Of a stretch of 64,000 bases of DNA, positions 1 to 10,030 are shown one piece after another. Positions within the stretch are counted from its first letter, which is position 1. Each line of letters starts with the position of its first letter. The DNA is from Eledone cirrhosa (Eukaryota): positions 28,210,001-28,274,000 of the forward strand of contig OZ024744.1 of assembly GCA_964016885.1 (NCBI GenBank). Direction: 5' to 3'. The notes under the pieces are model-generated. The model did not search any database. It was not told the DNA's origin and saw only the letters and a list, made by a program, of their open reading frames with translations. A program made the position numbers and the translations under genes.

Positions 1-3000
1 TAACAGCGCTAACAACAACAACAGTGACCATAACAGTGATAACAGCGAGAACAACAACAACAATGACAATAACAGTGATAACAGCGACAACAACAACAAC
101 AACAATGACAGTTGTAACAGCGACAACCACAACAACAGTGTCGATAACAGTGATAACAGCTACAACAACAACAACAACAACAACAACAACAGTGACAATA
201 ACAATTATAACAGCGGCAACAACAACAACAGTGACAATAACAGTTATAACAGCGACAACAACAATAACAGTGACAATAACAGTGATAACAGCGAGAACAA
301 CAACAACCACAGTGACAATAACAGTTATAACAGTGACAACAACAACAACAACAATGACTATAAGAGTGATAACAGCGACAACAACAACAACAACAATGAC
401 AATAACAGTTATAACAGCGACAACAACAACAACAGTGACAATAACAGTTATAACAGCGACAACAGCAGTGACAATAACAGTGATAACAGCCAGAACAACA
501 ACAACAACGATCACGATGACAGTGATAACAGCGAGAACAACAACAACAACAGTGAGAATAACAGTTATAACAGCGACAACAACAACATTCAAAAGAACAG
601 TTATGACAGCGAAAACAACAACAACAACAATGGCAATAACAGTGATTACAGCAACAACAACAGTGACAATAACATTTATAACAGTGACAACAACAACAGT
701 GACAATAACAGTGATAACAGCGACAACAACAACAACAGTGACGATAACAGTGAAAACAGCGACAACAACAACAACAATGACAATAACAGTGATAACAGGG
801 ACAACAATGACAGTAACAGTTATAACAGCGACAACAAAAACAACAACAATGAAAATAACAGTGATAACAGCGACAACAACAACAACAACAACAGTGACAA
901 TAACAGTGATAACAACGACAACAACAACAACAGTGACAATAACAGTTATAACAGGGACAACAACAACAACAGTGACAATAACAGTTATAACAGCGACAAC
1001 AACAACAGTGAAAATAACAGTTATAACAGTGACAACAACAACAACAGTGACAATAACAGTGATAACAGCGACACCAAAAACAACAGTGAGAATAACATTT
1101 ATAACAGTGACAACAACAACAGTGACAATAACAGTGATAACAGCGACAACAACAACAAAAGTGACAATAACAGTGATAACAGCGACAATAACAACAACAA
1201 TGACAATAACAGTGATAACAGCGAGAACAACAACAACAGTGACATTAACAGTTATAACAGCGACAACAACAACAGTGACCAGACCATAACAGTGATAACA
1301 GCAAGAACAACAACATCAACAATGACAATAACAGTGATAACAGCGACAACAACAAGAACAACAACAATGACAGTTGTAACAGCGACAACAACAACAACAA
1401 CAGTGACAATAACAGTTATAACAGCGACAACAACAGTGACAATAACAGTGATAACAGCGACAACAGCAGTGAAAATAACAGTGATAACAGCCAGAACAAC
1501 AACAACGATCACGACGACAGTGATAACAGCGACAACAACAACAACAGTGACAATAACAGTGATAACAGCGACAACAACAACAACAACAGTGACAATTACA
1601 GTCATAACAGCGAGAACAACAACAACAACAGTGACAATAACAGTGATAACAGCGAGAGCAACAACAACAGTGACCATAACAGTGATAACAGCGAGAACAA
1701 CAACAACAATGACAATAACAGTGATAACAGCGACAACAACAACAACAACAATGACAGTTGTAACAGCGACAACCACAGCAACAGTGTCGATAACAGTGAT
1801 AACAGCTACAACAACAACAACAACAACAACAACAACAGTGACAATAACAATTATAACAGCGGCAACAACAACAACAGTGACAATAACAGTTATAACAGCG
1901 ACAACAACAATAACAGTGACAATAACAGTGATAACAGCGAGAACAACAACAACCACAGTGACAATAACAGTTATAACAGTGACAACAACAACAACAATGA
2001 CTATAAGAGTGATAACAGCGACAACAACAACAACAACAATGACAATAACAGTTATAACAGCGACAACAACAACAACGATCACGATGACAGTGATAACAGC
2101 GAGAACAACAACAACAACAGTGAGAATAACAGTTATAACAGCGACAACAACAACATTCAAAAGAACAGTTATGACAGCGAAAACAACAACAACAACAATG
2201 ACAATAACAGTGATTACAGCAACAACAACAGTGACAATAACATTTATAACAGTGACAACAACAACAGTGACAATTACAGTGATAACAGCGACAACAACAA
2301 CAACAGTGACGATAACAGTGAAAACAGCGACAACAACAACAACAATGACAATAACAGTGATAACAGGGACAACAATGACAGTAACAGTTATAACAGCGAC
2401 AACAAAAACAACAACAATGAAAATAACAGTGATAACAGCGACAACAACAACAACAACAACAGTGACAATAACAGTGATAACAGCGACAACAACAACAACA
2501 GTGACAATAACAGTTATAACAGTGACAACAACAACAACAGTGACAATAACAGTTATAACAGCGACAACAACAACAGTGAAAATAACAGTTATAACAGCGA
2601 CAACAACAACAACAGTGACAATAACAGTGATAACAGCGACAACAAAAACAACAGTGAGAATAACATTTATAACAGTGACAACAACAACAGTGACAATAAC
2701 AGTGATAACAGCGACAACAACAACAAAAGTGACAATAACAGTGATAACAGCGACAATAACAACAACAATGACAATAACAGTGATAACAGCGAGAACAACA
2801 ACAACAGTGACATTAACAGTTATAACAGCGACAACAACAACAGTGACCTGACCATAACAGTGATAACAGCAAGAACAACAACATCAACAATGACAATAAC
2901 AGTGATAACAGCGACAACAACAACAACAACAACAATGACAGTTGTAACAGCGACAACAACAACAACAGTGACAATAACAGTTATAACAGCGACAACAACA

Positions 3001-6000
3001 GTGACAATAACAGTGATAACAGCGACAACAACAACAACAATGACAATAACAGCGATAACAGCGTCAACAACAACAACGATCACGACGACAGTCATAACAG
3101 CGACAACAACAACAACAGTGACAATAACAGTGATAACAGCGACAACAACAACAACAGTGACAATTACAGTCATAACAGCGAGAACAACAACAACAGTGAC
3201 AATAACAGTGATAACAGCGAGAGCAACAACAAAAACAACAAAAACAGTGACAATAACAGTTATAACAGCGACAATAACAACAACAATGGTAATAACAGTG
3301 ATAACAGCGCGAACAACAACAACAACAGTGATATAAACAGTTATAACAGCGCTAACAACAACAACAGTGACCATAACAGTGATAACAGCGAGAACAACAA
3401 CAACAATGACAATAACAGTGATAACAGCGACAACAACAACAACAACAACAATGACAGTTGTAACAGCGACAACCACAACAACAGTGACAATAACAGTTAT
3501 AACAGCGACAACAACAGTGACAATAACAGTGATAACAGCGACAACAACAACAACAATGACAATAACAGCGATAACAGCGACGACAACAACAACAGTGACA
3601 ATAACAGTGATAACAGCGATAACAACAACAACAACAACAACAGTGACAATAACAGTGATAACAGCGACAACAACAACAACAACAGTGATAACAGTGAGAA
3701 CAACAACAACAACAGTGACAATAACAGTGATAACAGCGAGAACAACAACAACAACAACAGTGACAATAACAGTTATAACAGCGACAATAACAACAACAAT
3801 GACAATAACAGTGATAACAGCGACAACAACAACAACATCAATGACAATAACAGTGATAAAAGCGACAACAACAACAACAGTGACAATAACAGTGATAACA
3901 GCGACAACAACAACAACATTGACAATAACAGTGATAACAGCGACAACAACAACAACATTGACAATAACAGTGATAACAGCGACAATAACAACAACAATGA
4001 CAATACCAGTGATAACAGCGACACGAACAACAACAACAATGAAAATAACAGTGATAACAGCGAGAACAACAACAACAACAGTGACATTAACAGTAATAAC
4101 AGCGAGTACAACAACAACAACAGTGACCCTAAGAGTGATAACAGCGACAACAACAACAATGACAGTTGTAACAGCGACAACAACAACAACAGTGACAATA
4201 ACAGTTATAACAGCGACAACAACAGTGACAATAACAGTTATAACAGCGATAACAACAACAGTGACAATAACAGTGATAACAGCGACAACAACAACAACAA
4301 TGACAATAACAGCGATAACAGCGACAACAACAACAACAACAGTCACAATAACAGTGATAACAGCGATAACAACAACAACAACAACAGTGACCATAACAGT
4401 TATAACAGCGACAACAACAACAGCGACAACAACAACAAAAACAATTACAATAACAGTGATAACAGTGACAACAACAACAACAACAGTGACAATTAGAGCG
4501 ATAACAGCGACAACAACAACAACAATGACAACAACAGTGATAACAGCGACAACCGCAACAACAACAGTGACAATAACAGTGATAACAGCGACAACAGCAG
4601 TGACAATAACAGTGATAACAGCGACAACAACAACAACAACAACAGTGACAATAACAGTGATAACAGCGACAACAACAACAACAACAATGACAATAACAGT
4701 GATAACAGCGACAACCGCAACAACAACAGTGATATTACAGTTATAACAGCGACAAGAACAGTGACAAAAACAGTGATAACAGCGAGAACAACAACAACAA
4801 CAGTGACAATAACAGTGATAACAGCGAGAACAACAACAACAACAACAGCAGTGACAATAACAGTTATAACAGCGACAATAACAACAACAATGACAATAAC
4901 AGTGATAACAGCGACAACACCAACAACAACATCAATGACAATAACAGTGATAAAAGCGACAACAACAACAACAGTGACAATAACAGTGATAACAGCGACA
5001 ACAACAACATTGACAATAACAGTGATAACAGCGACAACACGAACAACAGTGACATTAACAGTTATAACAGCGACAATAACAACAACAGTGACACTAAGAC
5101 TTATAACAGCGACAACAACTGACGATAACAGTGACAACAGCGACAACAACAGCAACAACAATGACAATAATAGTTATAGCAGCGACAACAACAACAACAA
5201 CAACAACAGTAACTAATAACAGTTATATCACCGACAGCAACAACAACAACAGTGACAATAACAGTTATAACAGCGACAACAACAGTGACAATAACAGTTA
5301 TAACAGCGACAACAGCAGTGACAATAACAGTGATAACAGCCAGAACAACAACAACAACAGTGAGAATAACAGTTATAACAGCGACAACAACAACAGTCAA
5401 AAGAACAGTTATGACAGCGACAACAAAAACAACAGTGACAATAACATTTATAACAGTGACAACAACAACAGTGACAATAACAGTGATAACAGCGACAACA
5501 ACAACAACAGTGACGATAACAGTGAAAACAGCGACAACAACAACAATGACAATAACCGTGATAACAGCGACAAAAATAACAACAATAGTGACAATAACAT
5601 TTATAACAGTGACAACAACAAGTGTGACAATAACAGTGATAACACCGACAACAACAACAGTGACGATAACAGTGAAAACAGCGACGACAACGACAACAAC
5701 AATGACAATAACAGTGATAACAGGGACAACATTGACAGTAACAGTTATAACAGCGACAACAATGACAATAACAGTGATAACAGCGACAACAACAACAACA
5801 GTGACAATAACAGTGATAACAGCGACAACAACAACAACAGTGACAATAACAGTTATAACAGCGAGAACAACAACAACAACAACAACAACAGCAGTGACAA
5901 TAACAGTTATAACAGCGACAATAACAACAACAATGACAGTAACAGTGATAACAGCGACAACACCAACAACAACATCAATGACAATAACAGTGATAAAAGC

Positions 6001-8690
6001 GACAACAACAACAACAGTGACAATAACAGTGATAACAGCGACAACAACAACATTGACAATAACAGTGATAACAGCGACAACAAGAACAAGAGTGACATTA
6101 ACAGTTATAACAGCGACAATAACAACAACAGTGACACCAAAAGTTATAACAGCGACAACAACAACTGACAATAACAGTGACAACAGCGACAACAACAACA
6201 ACAGTGACAATAACAGTGATAACAGCGACAATATCAACAGTGACAATAACCATGATAACAACGACAACAACGACAACAACAGCGACAATAACAGTGATGA
6301 CAACGACGACACCAACAACAACACAACAACGGTGACAATAACAGCGACAACAACAACAGCGACAATAACACTGATGACAACGACAACAACAACAAAGACA
6401 ACAGTGACAATAACAGCGACAACAACAACACCAGTGACAATAACAGTGATAACAGCGACAACAACAACAACAGTGTCGATAACAGTGATAACAGCTACAA
6501 CAACAACAACAACAACAACAACAGTGACAATAACAATTATAACAGCGGCAACAACAACAACAGTGACAATAACAGTTATAACAGCGACAACAACAATAAC
6601 AGTGACAATAACAATGATAACAGCGAGAACAACAACAACCACAGTGACAATAACAGTTATAACAGTGACAACAACAACAATGACAATAAGAGTGATAACA
6701 GCGACAACAACAACAACAACAATGACAATAACAGTTATAACAGCGACAACAACAACAACAGTGACAATAACAGTTATAACAGCGACAACAGCAGTGACAA
6801 TAACAGTGATAACAGCCAGAACAACAACAACAACGATCACGATGACAGTGATAACAGCGAGAACAACAACAACAACAGTGAGAATAACAGTTATAACAGC
6901 GACAACAACAACATTCAAAAGAACAGTTATGACAGCGAAAACAACAACAACAACAATGACAATAACAGTGATTACAGCAACAACAACAACAACAGTGACA
7001 ATAACATTTATAACAGTGACAACAACAACAGTGACAATAACAGTGATAACAGCGACAACAACAACAACAGTGACGATAACAGTGAAAACAGCGACAACAA
7101 CAACAACAAAGACAATAACAGTGATAACAGGGACGACAATGACAGTAACAGTTATAACAGCGACAACAAAAACAACAACAATGAAAATAACAGTGATAAC
7201 AGCGACAACAACAACAACAACAACAACAGTGACAATAACAGTGATAACAGCGACAACAACAACAACAGTGACAATAACAGTTATAACAGGGACAACAACA
7301 ACAACAGTGACAATAACAGTTATAACAGCGACAACAACAACAGTGAAAATAACAGTTATAACAGCGACAACAACAACAACAGTGACAATAACAGTGATAA
7401 CAGCGACAACAAAAACAACAGTGAGAATAACATTTATAACAGTGACAACAACAACAGTGACAATAACAGTGATAACAGCGACAACAACAACAAAAGTGAC
7501 AATAACAGTGATAACAGCGACAATAACAACAATGACAATAACAGTGATAACAGCGAGAACAACAACAACAGTGACATTAACAGTTATAACAGCGACAACA
7601 ACAACAGTGACCAGACCATAACAGTGATAACAGCAAGAACAACAACATCAACAATGACAATAACAGTGATAACAGCGACAACAACAACAACAACAATGAC
7701 AGTTGTAACAGCGACAACAACAACAGTGACAATAACAGTTATAACAGCGACAACAACAGTGACAATAACAGTGATAACAGCGACAACAACAACAACAATG
7801 ACAATAACAGCGATAACAGCGTCAACAACAACAACAACAACAGTGACCATAACAGTTATAACAGCGACAACAACAACAGCGACAACAACAACAAAAACAA
7901 TGACAATAACAGTGATGACAGCGACAACAACAACAACAACAGTGACAATAACAGCGATAACAGCGACAACCGCAACAACAACAGTGACAATAACAGTGAT
8001 AACAGCGACAACAGCAGTGAAAATAACAGTGATAACAGCCAGAACAACAACAACGATCACGACGACAGTGATAACAGCGACAACAACAACAACAGTGACA
8101 ATAACAGTGATAACAGCGACAACAACAACAACAACAGTGACAATTACAGTCATAACAGCGAGAACAACAACAACAACAGTGACAATAACAGTGATAACAG
8201 CGAGAGCAACAACAAAAACAACAAAAACAGTGACAATAACAGTTATAACAGCGACAATAACAACAACAATGACAATAACAGTGATAACAGCGACAACAAC
8301 AACAACAACAACATCAATGACAATAACAGTGATAAAAGCGAGAACAACAACAGCAGTGACAATAACAGTGATAACAGCGACAACAACAACAACATTGACA
8401 ATAACAGTGATAACAGCGACAACAACAACAACAACAGTGACAATAACAGTGATAACAGCCACAATAACAACAACAATGACAATACCAGTGATAACAGCGA
8501 CACGAACAACAACAACAATGACAATAACAGTGATAACAGCGACAACCGCAACAACAACAGTGACAATAACAGTGATAACAGCGACAACAGCAGTGACAAT
8601 AACAGTGATAACAGCCAGAACAACAACAACAACGATCACGATGACAGTGATAACAGCGACAACAACAACAACAACAACAACAACAACAGT
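1..8690 (+). repeat. AAC-derived satellite array, left arm (A/C-rich strand on +); monomer GTGACAATAACAGT(G/T)ATAACAGCG(ACA)n
   Basis: Uninterrupted tandem copies of the 24-bp core plus an (ACA)2-10 tail from base 1 to 8690. The array is open at the window start. A 39-bp consensus monomer has 20 A, 9 C, 6 G and 4 T. Confidence 0.98.
24..2860 (+). repeat. Left-arm higher-order repeat (~1.6 kb period); copies at ~24-1290 and ~1670-2860, and a third at ~6465-7625
   Basis: The same ordered rare variants occur in each copy: GTGTCGATAAC, GCGGCAAC, ACGATCACGATGAC, TTCAAAAGAACAGTTATGAC, ACAGGGAC, GACC(A/T)GACCATAAC. ORF starts 1292, 2860 and 7624 mark equivalent positions. Confidence 0.88.
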
Positions 8691-8710
8691 TAAAAATGTT
8701 ATTGTCATTG
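8680..8710. other. Strand-inversion junction within the satellite array
   Basis: ...ACAACAACAGT|TAAAAATGTTATTGTCATTG...: abrupt switch from AAC-rich to GTT-rich + strand with no foreign spacer DNA. Confidence 0.97.
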
Positions 8711-9119
8711 TTGTTGTTGTTGTCGCTGTTATCACTGTTATTGTCACTGTTGTTGTTGTTGTCGCTGTCATAACTGTTCTTTTCACTGTTGTTGTTGTCG
8801 CTGTTATAACTGTTATTGTCACTGTTGTTGTTATTGTCGCTGTTATCACTGTTATTTTCACAGTTGTTGTCGCTGTTATCACTGTTATTGTCATTGTTGT
8901 TGTTGTCGCTGTTATAACTGTTATTGTCATTGTTGTTGTTGTCGCTGTTATCACTGTTATTGTCATTGTTGTTGTTGTCGCTATTATCACTGTTATTGTC
9001 ACTGTTGTTGTTATTGTCGCTGTTATCACTGTTATTTTCACAGTTGTTGTCGCTGTTATCACTGTTATTTTCACAGTTGTTGTCGCTGTTATCACTGTTA
9101 TTGTCATTGTTGTTGTTGT

Positions 9120-10030
9120 TGCTGTCGGTGTTATAACTGTTATTAGTTACTGTTGTTGTTGTTGTTCTCGCTGTTATAAGTTTTATTGTCATTGTTGTTG
9201 TTGTCGATGTTATAACTGTTATTGTCATTGTTGTTGTTGTTGTTGTCGCTGTTATAACTGTTATTGTCACTATTGTTGTTGTTCTCGCTGTTATCACTGT
9301 TACTGTCACTGTTGTTGTTGTCGCTGTTTTAACTGTTATTGTCATTGTTGTTGTAGTCGCAGTTATATATGTTATTGACACTGTTGTTGTTGTTGTTCTC
9401 GCTGTTATCACTGTTATTATCACTGTTGTTGTTGTTGTTGTCGCTGTTATCACTGTTATTGTTCTGTTGTTGGTGTCGCTTTTATAACTGTTATTACCAT
9501 TGTTGTTGTTGTTGTCTCTGTTATCACTGTTATTGTCACTGTTGTTGTTGTTGTTGCGGTTAGTGTCACTCTTGTTGTTTTGTTGTCGTTGTCGTCGTTG
9601 TCATCACTGTTATTGTCGCTGTTGTTGTTGTTGTCGTTGTTATCATGCTTGTTGTCACTGTTGTTGTTGTTGTGGTTGTTGTTGTTATCACTGTTATTGT
9701 CACTGTTGTCTTTGTTGTTGTCGTTGTCATGACTGTTATTGTCGATGTTCTTGTTGTTGTTGTTGTTGCTGTTATTGTCACTGTTGTTGTTTTGTTGTTG
9801 TTGTCGTCGTTGTCATCACTGTTATCGTCGCTGTTGTCGTTGTTGTCCTTGTTATCATGGTTATTGTCACTGTTGTTGTCGCTGTTATCACTGTTATTGT
9901 CACTGTTGTTGTTGTTCTCGCTGTTATCACTGTTATTGTCACTGTTGTTGTGTTGTTGTCGCTGTAATAACTGTTATTGTCAAAGTTGTTGTTGTCGCTG
10001 TTATAACTGTTATTGTCACTGTTATTGTGT
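9120..10030. repeat. Diverged landmark module of the right-arm HOR (first copy)
   Basis: Carries GGTGTTATAACTGTTATTAGTTAC, GTAGTCGCAGTTATATATG, GCTTTTATAACTGTTATTACC, GTTAGTGTCACTCTT, ATCATGCTT, GTCATGAC and GTCCTTGTTATCATGG. It recurs whole or in part more than 12 times along the right arm. Confidence 0.88.

Noticed and set aside
24-8690. Long Thr-rich ORFs resembling mucin, adhesin or antifreeze proteins
   Set aside because: No unique N- or C-terminal domain or signal peptide. Thr is almost always ACA. Starts are incidental ATG/GTG/TTG variants. Frameshifts are propagated in HOR copies, and equally long ORFs overlap in other frames and on the other strand.
8680-8710. Telomere-telomere fusion site or telomerase-made repeats
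   Set aside because: The polarity is opposite to an end-to-end fusion: the G/T-rich strands run 5'->3' away from the junction rather than into it. There are no G-tracts, and kb-scale HOR copying indicates recombination rather than templated addition.
9354-9375. TATA-like motifs (GTTATATATG, TTATAAAT) as promoters
   Set aside because: These are one- or two-base variants of the monomer core with no downstream gene, and are expected by chance in this composition.
8000-9400. Perfect palindrome or fold-back read artefact at the inversion
   Set aside because: Rare variants on the two flanks do not mirror each other, and the right flank matches ~55975-56480 instead. Read-level confirmation is still advisable.
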